Origin: Podarcis tiliguerta
Taxonomy: Eukaryota
Strand: one strand, 5' to 3'
DNA length: 64,000 nucleotides
NCBI GenBank assembly: GCA_965153285.1
Contig: OZ229117.1
The notes under the pieces are model-generated. The model was given only the letters and a program-made list of their open reading frames with translations. It had not been told where the DNA came from and searched no databases. Positions 47,625 to 61,127 of the stretch are shown one piece after another; the first letter of the stretch is position 1; each line of letters starts with the position of its first letter. The position numbers and the translations under genes are program-made.

Positions 47625-49795
47625 CTAAAGAGTTAAAGCAGACCAGTGATTTCAGTTACCAGAGGCTTTCTTTAAAAAACAAGCACAACTGGGGTGGGGA
47701 GGGGAAGAGAAAAGAACACAGATCTGGGCCATACTTAAATCTACCAATATAAAATCACAACGCAAGACTGCAAACTGGGAAGAAATGTAGAAGGGGGTGT
47801 GTGTTTTCATGTACCGAACTCACAACAGAAATTCAGTAACTAAACCATATAGCCTGAAACTTAAGCCCTTTTAATCTTTGTTTTATGTAAGAATGTAAGA
47901 AAAATGCACACTGCTATTTAGGCAAAAATACCTGTATAAATCTAGTCAGATGGCATGAGATGGCAGGCATCTTAAAACTGTTCATCATGTTTTCGTCACT
48001 AATTATAACCATTTTGAACAGTGGTCACTGTAAATCCCTTGACTATGTACGGTAATTAAATGCATACAGCTGAGCAGAACTCACATTGTATATGCAAAAT
48101 CCTCCATCCTTTAAGTGAAACATGAATTTTGAAATGGATATAGTTAGGCCAATAAATCCATTTTAGGACTATTAAAATACAATATTCCTTTAATGACAAT
48201 ATTGATTGTGATAAAATTATTTCTATTCTGGGCATCCAGGCCATATCCCAGACCACATGGCTGCTGGATGCTACTTATTTGTGTCCTGAGATTACATTTG
48301 CTTCACTGTCCATTAGTATTTCCCCCCTTATATACAAGTGGCCCAATCCAGCAGCACTTGTAACTTTCCACCACATTAAAGAGAGAGCATAAGTAACTCT
48401 CCCAGTGAAATCAATGGCACTTAAACTATGATTGATTGTGCCTACATTTTTTCCTGTAGCATAAATGCAGTTATTAAAATAATAAAACGCTGCACATCAA
48501 TCTTCACCAGGCTGAAAACATTAAATGTTTTATTACTGTGATGCAGATTTAGAAGGAGGAGCCACTCATGGGCTGACCTGATTAAACATTTTTCTATTTT
48601 GCAACACAAATAAAGGGGCCTCTGCCCTTTTCAGAAGTAGATTAGACAGAACAGCATCTAGCTGTTGCTAATGTACAATTCTGTGTAGCATCCAAGGTGA
48701 AGAGAAATATTTCAGTGGTAAAAGGAAAGGCTTGCTTTGCTCCTGACCTTGGAAGTTCAAGTTTACAGACACTATATAGTGACGGATCAGTCTGATTTAT
48801 TTCTTTTAGAACCATCTCTTTAAGCTGCTGAGTCTGCTCTAATGAAGTAATACATGCAACACGACTCAGCCTCTAACCAGCAACATTGTTTAGAAACTGC
48901 ATTGAATGGTCAGTTCCATAAATGAAACCAATTTGAAGAAGGCCCCCAAAGGGCACTGTCTTTTGGACATCCCTAGCTTCAAGATTTTTAGGAATGCTGT
49001 TTCAACATGCCCTATCCCTGATGTGGGCTTCTGTTTGTACAAGTCCTCACTGGCTCATAGGGAGAATGGGAATGAATTGTGTGCTCTGCAGATCTGAGTG
49101 CCTACGTATATTTTAAGTTTGTCCTCTGTGAACTAAAAAGTACTTGTCTTCTTTCTTGAACACCAGCATGTGCACTATAACATCAAACCAGGGGCATGGG
49201 CAGCCCTAAGCCAGTTCTCACAATACAGCATTGTGAAAAGTAGGTCTACATCAGGACCTCAGTATCTCAGCCCACAAGGGCCTGGAAAATCATTCAAGAA
49301 CAGCCACAATCAACACAGGAGTTTCATGGCTATTTCCAGCACTACGGATCTTTTAGTACTTAGTACTTTAGTACTTTAAGCTTTGTTAGTAAAGCTTCAT
49401 AGAAAATACTGCTTGAAATGTCTGCTGTACTAGTCTGGAATGCCATAAAACCTGCATCCACCACTGTGCTCCTGCTACCAAAAGGCCCTGGAAAAAATGT
49501 GTTTAATGCTGATATGTGTTCTACCTCAATCAAAAAATCGTGGGTTCTTTTGTGTTTTCGTGAAAAAGAAAAGCTCAACAACTTTGGGGTTTGTCCAAAA
49601 AAACCCACAACTCAACAACTTTCGGGGTATCCTGGCAACCCTATTTTAGGACTTCTCTCCAGGCTTCACGCACAGTGTGGAAGACTGCTACGTAACACAC
49701 TTTATGTACAAATGAAATAGAATCTAAGCATGAAAAAACTCTCTCAGTGGCACTTGGCAGGGAAGATATATTCTATGTTTAGCTATGGTCTAGCT

Positions 49796-49972
49796 CAGGG
49801 GTTGTCAACCTGGTCCCTACCGCCCACTAGTGGGCATTTCAGGATTATAGGTGAGCGGTAGGGGGTTCTACGGCACAAGCTGAATCCTCCTTCCATCGAG
49901 CACTGGTGGGCAGTAAGGAAATTTTACCATCAAGAAAGATGCATTAGTGAGCGGTAGGTATAAAAACCGCTG
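49796..49972. mobile_element. Non-autonomous hAT element
   Basis: 8-bp TSD gtctagct/gtctagca; termini CAGGGGTT / AACCGCTG. Confidence 0.8.
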
Positions 49973-51769
49973 GTCTAGCAAAAGTAGCAGCTGTACGAAA
50001 ACCTATTTTTAAAAAGATGTTTAATTGGTTTTTGCATTTGAGGACAGGTCTGGAGAAAATAAATATTTTAAATCTCATGAGAGTTTCAAGTACATGACAG
50101 CAGGCCCATAACACAGTAAACAAGAATCTGTGTTCACAATTTCTACCTAAATCTGCTCGTTCATAAGCAGTATTCATAAATCAACTGCACAACTAGAACT
50201 TCTCCTTCTCATCCTTGAGAAACTGACAGTGGCATTTTAAGAGCCTTCTATGAATTCTCCAAAATTCTATATGCTGAAGGGGTCATCACAGTGTCACTCT
50301 GCTAAATACTCCTTCTCTTCCTGTTTCTCATCAATGTCCAGGGATCTAAAATGTGAATACGCACTTTACTTAGGTGCTACTGGTTAATATAAAGTCCAGT
50401 AGGTTAGACAGCTATTTTATGAAAACCAGAACCATGCCTCTAGTAGTCAAACACAGTTGTTTTCATTGTAGTACTTTGCCTTTTGTGATGGCAACATTTG
50501 CACTGAGCTATTCAGGATGACTCCAGATATGTGTCTTGAATAATAATAAATTAACAACAATAATTTCTGTTATATTATCATTATTACTATAAATGCTACT
50601 GGCTAGCTACACTACTCTTCCATGTACCACCTTGTTGAAAGAAAACTATATTGAGGTTCAAACCTGTCTAGGTTCAAACCTCTGCTTAGCCATGAAGCTC
50701 AATGAGTAGTCCTTGAGCAAGTCACCAGCCCTGCTTGTGCAACAGAGTAAACCATGGTTAATGGTTGACCATAATCACACCTAAAAAGGCCTGTTTAGCT
50801 TCTCTCTGCTTATGGGCCAAGGAAACAAACACCAATTCCTCCTCACTTTGCACTGCTTCCAAAGCAGGGAGCATGGTTTGTTTCACTCCAACAAGCCACA
50901 ATCAGTAAGCCAAAAACAAACCCAATAGGCCTTACTTCCAAGTAGACACACATAGGATTACACTGTTAATCTCAAGAAACCGAACTTACTTCTTTGAAGA
51001 ACTCACCACTTTAAGAAAACCTTCCCTGTATCTATTTTAGTTTGAATAAATTCTGGCAATGCTTGCCAATTTTGAAATTTGCAAGACAGGCATAAAACAT
51101 TTTACTTTATGTCTGTCCTCTGAGTTTTTAATCACCTTTGTCCGAGGAAAACTCTGCTTTGTTGCAAAGGATACCAAATTATAACAATGCTGCAGTGGCA
51201 ACATAAAATATACTCTGTAGAGTTTATTATAATCTACCTTTACAAAGTTATATTTTAAGTATGGAACTGGAACAACAAAGTGTACACAAATTGAAGGTGG
51301 TTTTCCTACAGATGGGAAGGTGTTTCCTATCTGCACAATATTCACCAACCTAAGGATAGCTTTGTGAACATACCACAAACACATACAGAAAATAAAATAA
51401 GCCCACTTTTTTATTATGAGCTACAAAAATAAACATTACTGGAAACCAGTGGGCAATCACTTGGATCCCAATATTCCCCTGTATGAGCAGTGTGTGTGTG
51501 TGAGAGAGAGATTCTTCAGGCAACTGCACTCACCTCTCTACTCTGAAGGTACCCTATCCTTCTGTAGCCTGTTTTAAACTGACACTGAGGTTGCAGATGG
51601 AGAGAAACAGTGACACATACAACCTTATGAGTGGAATTGTATTCTGCTCATGCAGCAGGACCTTTGGATCCAAGCCACTATTTCTAAATTGAGATGCAGT
51701 TAAGTGAAAAGTGTGAAGTGGAAAAGATGAGAAACCACCACCCAGGCATGACTACAGACAACAACAGCA

Positions 51770-51792
51770 ACACACACACACACACACACACA
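51770..51792. repeat. (CA)n microsatellite in NFAT5 intron 4
   Basis: Direct reading. Confidence 0.95.
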
Positions 51793-52348
51793 ACCGAGAA
51801 GCACACAGCAAAACAGGATTAGAGATTTATTTCTGAAAAATCAAATACATAACTGAAGTGACATGGAACACAAATTTGGTTCAGCATATTTTAACATTTT
51901 AGTAAGTGTTAATATAATAAGATCAAAATCAGCTGTCTTTAATTGATGGAGAGAGTGAAACAGAAGTAGGCGAAGTGCAGATCCCTTATAAATAGCTTTG
52001 TATGGTACTGTTGAGGAAGACATGGAGGAGCCGATCTCAGCTTCAGGTATTACATTTTTAACATGCTTTTATTGAAAAGCTTCCTATTCACTAATCAGTT
52101 TCCACAGGGAAGAGCTAGACAACAATTCCAGGACAGATTAGTTCAATAGTTGCTAAATCAGACTAGAATATATATTCATATGTAAACCTTGCATTTTAGC
52201 ATAAGAAACCATTGAACTTAGTTCCAGATTATCACCTCTCCTGTATTTCTCAGTGTGAACCTGAGCTGAACACTAGGGAAAAGTTAAGGTAATGCTTTTA
52301 GCTTGTTTTTTAAACATATGTTGATAGAACTTAAAGGCAGATACCAAC

Positions 52349-52913
52349 CCATTTCCTGCTTTCGAGTTGCTTTTGCTGTCCGTGCTGAGCTGAGAAAGGA
52401 CATAATGAGGTGCTTTGGCACTGTCAGCATCAAAGATATCCATGGTTGACTCTTCACAATCTCGCCGTTTGATCCCCGGTCTCTGCTTTGGATTTCGTTT
52501 ACGTGATTTACGTGGCACCTCAGTGTTATCATTGTAGGAACTGGTGCTCATGTTACTGAAGTTGGAGGGGGAATCCTCCATCCACATACTGCAGCTCTGC
52601 TCAGATTCCAATCCGCACCCCTCATCCTGGCAGGACATCCGGCTGTTGTCCAGCAAGTCCTCCGGTGGTGGTGTGATGTACAGGACTGTGTGCCTCTTCG
52701 GTGTGGACTGTTGTTGTTGCTGCTGGGCTGTGTTATTGGTTAACTGCTTGTCACTTACCCCTCGGTTACTTACCCCCATGGCTGAGGAGCAGCTCTCCAC
52801 TTGCATAGCTTTGCTGTCAGTGACTGAGGTAGAGTAAATGGTGGGACTGGAAGAGGTGGTAAAGGAGCTGCAAGCACCGCCCATGGAGGAAGAGGAGGGA
52901 GCTGAAGAAGCAT
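52349..52913 (-). CDS. NFAT5: NFAT5 exon 4 ([18 protein letters not shown]..., regulatory region, [21 protein letters not shown]); upstream exons outside the window
   Basis: 565 bp, acceptor accgcag, donor GG|gttggt; from the internal ATG at 52884 the summed CDS is 4284 nt = 1427 aa. Confidence 0.93.
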
Positions 52914-53352
52914 CTGCGGTGTACAATTCAGAAGTAAATACAGGGTACATGATCCCAACTGTGCTGGCTATAGCAGTCCCTTTGAAGTAATGTGATTAGT
53001 GAACTGATTTTTCCCCCAAATGAATGTTTTGGAATTTGGCTTGTTTTTGAATTTAAACACTTCAAGTGATATAAGGCTTAAGCAACACAGAAGTATTCTG
53101 AAAAGTGTCCAAATGATACTTCAATTTTTGTGCATGTGGCAATCAGACTTTTTTCTTTAAATTTTCTTTAAGTCATAAAAAGGCTGTAAGCAAACAAGGG
53201 CGCTTTTATTGCCTCAGCTGGACTATGAGTTTAAGCCATTTTATCTAAAATGATAGGAACCCCAATGCAAGACATGTGTCAGTGCTTTTAGGCCACATTT
53301 CATGCCAATCAACCAGCATCTGAAATTTTTGAAAAAGGTGGGACTGTGCTTA

Positions 53353-53484
53353 NNNNNNNNNNNNNNNNNNNNNNNNNNNNNNNNNNNNNNNNNNNNNNNN
53401 NNNNNNNNNNNNNNNNNNNNNNNNNNNNNNNNNNNNNNNNNNNNNNNNNNNNNNNNNNNNNNNNNNNNNNNNNNNNNNNNNNNN
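53353..53484. other. Assembly gap (132 N)
   Basis: Run of n. Confidence 1.
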
Positions 53485-56400
53485 TCATTATTCCAGATAT
53501 TAACTATTAAATGAGAAATGAAAGACAAAAATAACTTAACCGCAACAAAATGGAACTGGTACCAATCACCATTTATGGCTTAAAAAAATTATTCAGCTGA
53601 GATTTGAAATCAGAGCATGCTGGTAAGAAAATGGAAGAGGCATGATCAAGTCACCTCCTTATGTGTTACTTCAAGTCCATAAAAATATAAAATGAATTAA
53701 AGCCACCTAGCATTACTGATGGCATAAGTAGCAGCCCATGTCTCAGCAAAAGGAACATTATTGGGGTTGATGGCTAAATAACTACCAGGGTAGGTGCTGG
53801 CCTAAGAATTAGATATCTGTTTGCGACTAGGGCTTCTTAAAAGCAGGTTAGGCAAGAAGAATGCATAGATAAAATATATTTAACTGCCCACAAAGCCTTC
53901 ACTCCTCAACAGTGTCCTGAAGTCAAAGTGATTGCTCTGAGCTAAGGAGATTGTGGGCTGCAACTCTCTGCATATATCTGAGAATGCTACTAAATAAAAA
54001 AATTACCCACCAGCTTAAGACATCTCCCTATTCCAGAATAATTAGCTTAAAAAATAGTTGTATTAAGTTGATAGTACTACCTGCTGAAGGGAGCAAACAA
54101 GATTGGTAAAACTTATGTTAACTATAAAAAGAAGGTGGCTTCTGATGACTCAATGAACAGAATTTCTGTGTATAAACTGAAAGGGTCAGAAAAAGGAATT
54201 AAGATTGTTGCAGGTTCCTTTTCTTTTAAATGCATTCAATATGCAATAATATACTTAAGGTACAGAAAAAACATAACTAACATACTGACCTAGTGAAAAT
54301 GTTAGTATTGCATTAAGAAGCCCAAGAAATATAGACTAAAAGCAAAACAGATCAATCTTCTGTTTAGTTTTAGTTATGACGGTTTCAAATGTGAACCTAT
54401 CAGTCAGGTAATAGTGCACTCTTCCCTTAGAACTACCCCCATCCCATCTCCAGCCAGTCTCTGGAATAATCTGGAGCCACTGACAGATACCAGTTCCATT
54501 TTCCAGCTTGTTCCTTGGCAAATGCAGTGGCTGAAATTGGAAGTTTCAGTCACTCAGAACTGCATTTTTATTTAAAAAAAAAACCAAAACATTTTCCAAG
54601 TCCTTTTTGTATCATGCATTAATGCAATGCTTTCCTTAGAAAGATGTAAAGTTTGCTAATTTCAGTGACTATATATAATTGCTGATTTGCAGCCACTTTG
54701 AGTTGAAAAGTTTGCTATGGGACATTATTTTTTTTAGATAGCTTTTGTTAAAATAGCACTAACTTCCATTTGCTTTTAAATAGTCACCCACCTAGAAATG
54801 CAAAAATGCAGCTAGCATACTGCATGCACTGTAAAACATGCAGGAAGAATGCTCTAAACTTGCATTGCTGCAGACAATCCTTTCCCCCTCTCTAGTAGCA
54901 CCCCACCCCGAAAGGAAACTCCATGCAGAATATGACCATCTCTGGATTCTTCCCCAAACAAAGATGATCATACAAGGGTCAGGCGTTAGTACGGAGGCTG
55001 CCTCATCTTTGATTTAAGGTGCAGAGAGTTTACACACTTAAGCTGTGTGTTTGGCACCAGCCCATTATGCTGATCTGTGAATAGTGTGGATAGAAAAGTA
55101 ACCATGTTCCTATCTAAAATGGAAGATTTTGGAACTTTCACATCAGTCCACACTGGGGTAGTTATGCCAGGCAGGATTAGCAGTCTGAAGAGGGAATTCA
55201 CATAAAATAAAATCCTACCAAGAAAGCCAAGGTATGCTAATTTTATCAAGCAAAATATTAGCACCAAGTTAAGTAGCTTTAAACCTGTGTTAAATAAATA
55301 GTAACTTTCTTAAAAGGAAATTCTCCAATTAGTATAGTTTTGCAGATAATTTGAAAAGCACAGACTACCAGGACCCTATTTTTTTGCTACCCCTGTGAAT
55401 CAGTCATGTGGACTGGAACCAAATAATTGTTTGGTTTACGTACTCACAGCTGTGCCAAGTTATAAACTTGAAGCTTTAAAGCTTAAAAAATAGGCAAATT
55501 TAGTTACACCAATGAAAAAGAACTAATTATATGTCCTTATACCAATATTAATAATATAACCCAGGCCAAAGATCCTACTATTGCATTTGAAGTTAGGCAG
55601 GCGGACCTCTTTACTTTTGTAGCTGAAAAGGCTCAGGAAATGATTGATGCATTACACATCAGTGAGATAAATGCTATTTTTTCAGGTAGTGTATACATAA
55701 TTTGGATGCAGTGTTAAATTCAATCTGAAAAAGTAATGGCAATCCCTTGACTGATCACTCCATACTAAAGCAGTCTCAAACCCTTTTCATTATTAACAAA
55801 AATGTCCTCTCAACTGAGCCCAAGTCATGGCAATAAGAGTGCCAGCCATTAAGAGTTAGCCAAGTCCAAGACATAAGGAAATTGGCTTTCTCTAGGAAGG
55901 TGGTCACCAGAAAGTAACCCCTCATATTCCCACTTTGCAACCTTAACCCAGAAACACAGTCCTCCCACTTTAAGCATTTTCCTTTTACTTCTAGAATAGA
56001 ATTTACTCACTAGGACCCAAGAGACACAGCTCAATAAGCACAAACTCGATGTTTGGGGAGGGTTGGATATTTTTACTGCATTTTGTTAAATACAAGATTA
56101 CAGTCTAACAAGGTTCAGTTTCAGTTACATTTTAAAGCCATTTTAGAATTACAATCACATGCCAAGAATGTTTTATGACAGTCTCCAGAGGCATGGCAAC
56201 AAAAACTACAATACACAGTTATCTGTGCAAGTCATTTTATAATTAACTCATCCAAGATCCAAACAGGAGAGATCACACTGGAAGTTAAAAGCCCTTTGAG
56301 CTCCAATACCATCAATAGTCAAAGATGAAATAAAATATGTAGTTCAAGAAAGAACAACAAGCTCCTGCACCCTTATTGGCATCTGCTTCAGTTCTGTCTT

Positions 56401-57499
56401 AGAAACAAAAGGACTCAAAGCAAGCCTGTGCAGTGCATTGCAAAGTAATGGCCACCCCTGCTCTGTGCTACAAGTGACAGCTCATGTCAGTCTGCAAAGA
56501 CCCTTTGCTTTCCAGGTACTAGTAGCTTTTAACCTAAATAAGCATTTTGTTTTTATGGCAGTGAGGCAGTTTTTTAAAGCCTCTCCTCTCCTCAGAATAA
56601 GATTTAGGAGCTGAGAATCAAAGAGGTTATGGGCCGCTTGGGTTACTAGCTAAAGCTACGATAGCTTTATACAACCTTGGGAGACTAAGACTCTAAGATT
56701 TTAAGCCCTTTTAAAATTCTCTGTCCTCCATCAGCTCACTGCTAGTTTCAGAGAGATTTGCTATCTTTAGGCAGAGCTTAAAGGAAGCCATTTCTTGCCC
56801 TGAGGTATTTCTCTTAACATAAGCCCTTCAGGGCTACAAGGCTTTTCAAGAAGACCAAACATCAGTTCAAGTGATGAGAAAACTAACAGGCAAGCTACCC
56901 TGCAAGGAAAAGTCACCTTCCAAAGTGGAGAACATGAGAGATCAAAAGCTAAGCCTTGGGATGCCCCTGTATATGAACCACTATTATGCACAAGCAGCTG
57001 GTGGAAGAACTCACAGCTTTCCAGAAACTGGCACACTTGCCATGCTATTTGCTGTTCAGAAAACAGAATGAAAACAATAAGCATTCAACAACACAGGGTG
57101 AACCCTTGGCATTTTGATAGACTCAATCCCCAGAGCCTATCCCTACACAAGTGTCATTTATGAACCTTGCATTTTCTATTCTTGGCAGTTTCCACTTCCA
57201 ATATTGCTCAAATCTTTCTGTGGGTTAATTTTGCAGGACCAGTGAATTCAGAGCGACAGTTTTGGAGTAAAGACAGAAGGACACGAGCCCTTGTGTTGTC
57301 AAAGGTAGAAGTATGAACCGGGACAAAGTGGCTGCAAACCTGCTTCCGACACCTTCTGTGTCAACTTTGGCTGCTTACTTTTCTTCAGCTTCATTTATTG
57401 ATGTAAAATCAAAAACTTTATTAAGAGTTTAACTTCAGTCAATCCACTATTTATAACAAAACAAAAAGAAAAAGAAAGGAAAGACTTATGAAGAAGTCT

Positions 57500-57663
57500 N
57501 NNNNNNNNNNNNNNNNNNNNNNNNNNNNNNNNNNNNNNNNNNNNNNNNNNNNNNNNNNNNNNNNNNNNNNNNNNNNNNNNNNNNNNNNNNNNNNNNNNNN
57601 NNNNNNNNNNNNNNNNNNNNNNNNNNNNNNNNNNNNNNNNNNNNNNNNNNNNNNNNNNNNNNN
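57500..57663. other. Assembly gap (164 N)
   Basis: Run of n. Confidence 1.
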
Positions 57664-58365
57664 GCTAGCATCCCAGCAAATATCATAAAAGCAATCCAAT
57701 TTACTTTAAAAGTTCAAGGCAGATTCAAAGTAGGTTGGTTACTTACATTAAACCCCAAACAATTTTAAATTCCCCATTACATTCACATGCCAAAACAAGT
57801 ATTATTTAACACAATTAAAAACAGGATTCAGTCTGCTTTGACAGACGGGAAATCCATAATTTGACACTCATATTTACAGATGCACAAGTGGTTATTTCTT
57901 ACCTGGAACTTTTGTTGGGTGATTCATGTTCACCAATTCAGACTAGGTGGTCTGCCACTCAAGAGCGACAATCAGTTGCAATCAACCAGCAAGCATGAAT
58001 TCAGAGCCCTCATACCTATTTATCCCTGCCCAGTATTCCTCTCCAGACACAAGGAAATGCTGCATTGTCTTGATCAATAAACTTAACATTTCTCCAGAAA
58101 GGAAATGACTGTCCTTTCTGGTCCAATCTTTACAATATGCGATAATTAGTTTGGTAAATTTTTCACACTAGTCATCATTCTATGAAGCTGGTAAGAGACA
58201 CGTGATAATCTCACTAGTGTTCTTACCATAGGCAGAAGCAAAACCCTGCAACTACTGCTCAGTGGAAACATAGACTGACAGCTAACAAACTCACCCCAAA
58301 TCTATCCTATTAAAACAAATGTGTTTTGTTCAAGAGCAAATATAACTGATCAGTCAAGAAAAAAC

Positions 58366-58503
58366 CTCAGTAAAGCATGAGACTCTTGATCTCAGGGTCA
58401 TGGGTTTGAGCCCCACATTAGGCAAAAGATTCCTGCATTGCAGCAGGTTGGTCCAGATGACCCTTGCGGTCCCTTCCAACTCTACAATTCTGAGATTCTA
58501 TGA
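58366..58503 (+). mobile_element. SINE with tRNA-Lys(CTT)-derived head and CR1-like tail
   Basis: agcatgagactcttgatctcagggtcatgggtttgagccccac aligns to tRNA-Lys-CTT; tail gtcccttccaactctacaattct. Confidence 0.8.
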
Positions 58504-59431
58504 GAAGAGAAGAGTTTTAACAGGATAAAAAGAGGTAGGCACTGGCAAACTACCTATTTACTTTTACTGGATTTAGTGCAAAGAAGAAAGCAGGTATAAT
58601 GTATGTAGCAAGGGTCCTTGTGCAGTGTATTGTGAAGAACATGACTAAGCTTAAATTGCACAGCAATTCAGGCAGATGAGGAAACCATCCCTAAAGCAGC
58701 CACCGAAGTCTCATAAAGCTAACTGGACAATGAACTCTGCTATGCCTCTCTGGAGCCGTAGGTGTACCAGTGTGTGTCTAAAACTATTGATCAAGCAGCA
58801 CAATGTCAAACAACATAACCTGCCTTTAGAAGACAGATAAGAATCCCTTCTAGTCCCCTTTTTGACAAATACACACACAACATAAATCACTATCTTAAAA
58901 AAATGTGATTTATCTCCTCCTCTTTCCATTGATATGTAGAATCTTGCCAGTTTTTAAACTATGTGAATTTGAAACTTTGTCAGAATTATATTGTACTCTG
59001 AGGTATAATGCACATTATCATGCAAATTAAGCCTCATGTCACATTAACCATGTCAAAAGAGAAAGTATAAAATCAAGGCTTTATAAAGAGAAGCTACAGA
59101 AGACAAATGAAGCCTTTGCTATTATGGACAAATATAGTCAAAATGACCTAAGATGTGTTTTTATACTCAAGTTTCTGAGCAACTACTTGCTCCTAATATG
59201 ACAGGAGCTAGTATTTCTAGTTTAAAAGTTCCTTGCGAAAATTAAAAAATAAATTTTGGTACTGACTTAGGCTACACCAATGGTAAAAGTAAACTAAAGG
59301 AGCACTTATTGTTGCAATTTTTTTTACCTTCAAGCAAATCAAAATGATTAAAAACAAGGCACTTGACCTTTCTCCACCTTCTGAAAGTCATGGCCTCTCA
59401 TTCAAGAGAGATTTGCATGGTGTTTTTAAGA

Positions 59432-59682
59432 CAGAGGTAGGCAAACTAAGACCCAAGGGCCGGATCCAGCCCAATTGCCTTCTAAATCCAGCCCGTGGAC
59501 AGTCCAGGAATCAGCGTGTTTTTACATGAATAGAATGTGTCCCTTTATTTAAAATGCATCTCTAGGTTACTTGTGGGGCATAGGAATTCATTCATATATT
59601 TTTTTCAAAATTTAGTCCGGCCCCCCACTAGGGCTGAGGGACAGTGGACTGGCCCCCTGCTGAAAAAGTTTGCTTACCCCTG
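59432..59682. mobile_element. Non-autonomous hAT (Charlie/OC1-like) element
   Basis: Perfect 8-bp TSD ttttaaga (59424-59431, 59683-59690); TIRs CAGAGGTAGGCAAACT / AGTTTGCTTACCCCTG. Confidence 0.9.
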
Positions 59683-60984
59683 TTTTAAGACATTTGTTGT
59701 GATGCTATAAAGTTTAATATCAAACTGTGAAAGGGAGGTTGGCAGATATGTGTTGGAGTGAAAAAGCAACCGATTTGAGACAGCTCATTTCTCAGACCCA
59801 TTCTTGAAGCACTGTTTCTTCCTACTTAGCAAACACAGCATTTCACATTAAATGCTAGTATCCTGCTAAGACACACCTGTTTGCACCTTCTGGCAAGAGA
59901 CACTTAGAAATAGACTGGCTGCACAGAAAGGATAAGCTCTCTCTCACTCTCTCTCCACACACACACACAGAGGTGTTATCAAGATGTATCTGCCTTCAAA
60001 AGATAGACAACTCTTCCCAGCTTAACTATATATAGTTCATCATGAAAGTTCAGAAATAAGCTGAGAACTATGTTAAAATTAAGAATTCATAGCTGGTTAA
60101 TTTACAAAGAAACCACCTCATGTTTGGATTGATGAATATGAAACACACCTTTTATGTTAAAATAATCAAATGTGCTCTTAAAAGACCAATTAGCAAGACT
60201 CAGTTTTAAAATGGTTTAGACTGATTTGAAAATTGGAAGCCAAACACTAATAGCAGAACTAGCAGTCTGTTCCTGCAGGCCCTCATACCTGAAATCAGCC
60301 AATCCTGTTCCTCCAGAAATCTGAAGTTAACTGCAGAAAATCTTTATGTAACCTGCTTATGTGTCCCAGAACCTCAGATCAAAGCACTGAAAGAAAAACC
60401 TGGGGCAATCTGATTTGCAGCCAGATACTGTGTCACCCTGTGGCTAGGGAAGCAGAGAACAAATGAAGTAAAGTCTTAAATGAGGAAAATATTTTTTACC
60501 AGCTCTCTCCTCTTAATCTAGTCATTGGCACCAGTAATGGCAACTGTGTCAGAAAGCTTAAATAAAGGAGAGGGAGCCAAAACACAGAATATTTGCTTGG
60601 GTCTTCAAGAAACTGCAATCAGCTTTAAAAAGAGTTGCTTTTGGATTCTTACTGATTATAAAAAAGCAAAAAACTGTCCCTTCAGGATAAATAAGAGTAG
60701 ATACAACAGATTTGCACAAAACAATAAGGAGTTTTGTTTTTCGGGCATAAAAGGAATGGGCTCCTGCAGTTCTAGATTGTCCAAGGTCACCTTCTCCTCC
60801 CAGCCACTTGACAATGTGGCCGATTGGAAGCTATCCTTGTCTGCCTGATGAAAGGACTAGAATGAGTGAAAGTGATGCTTTGTCCCATTTTTTAAGTGAT
60901 TTCAATCTCATAAAACCCTCCACAATCCCACAGCCATAACTCCCATCTTCCCAAAGTCCCTAGCTAGATTGCTCTTTGAAAATT

Positions 60985-61127
60985 GGGATGGTTCAGTCGG
61001 TAGAGCACGAGACTCCTAATCTTAGGGTTGTGGGTTCAAGCTCCACGTTGGGCAAAAGATTCCTGCACTGCAGGAGGTTGGACTAGGTGACCCTTGTGGT
61101 CCCTTCCAACTCTACAATTCTATGATT
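60985..61127 (+). mobile_element. SINE with tRNA-Lys(CTT)-derived head and CR1-like tail (second copy)
   Basis: tcagtcggtagagcacgagactcctaatcttagggttgtgggttcaagctccacgttgggc followed by the same tail. Confidence 0.82.

Noticed and set aside
58366-58430. Apparent tRNA-Lys gene (also 60985-61055, and tRNA-Ile-like 25660-25730)
   Set aside because: Mutated stems and anticodon arms, each fused to a CR1-like tail, so these are SINE heads rather than tRNA genes
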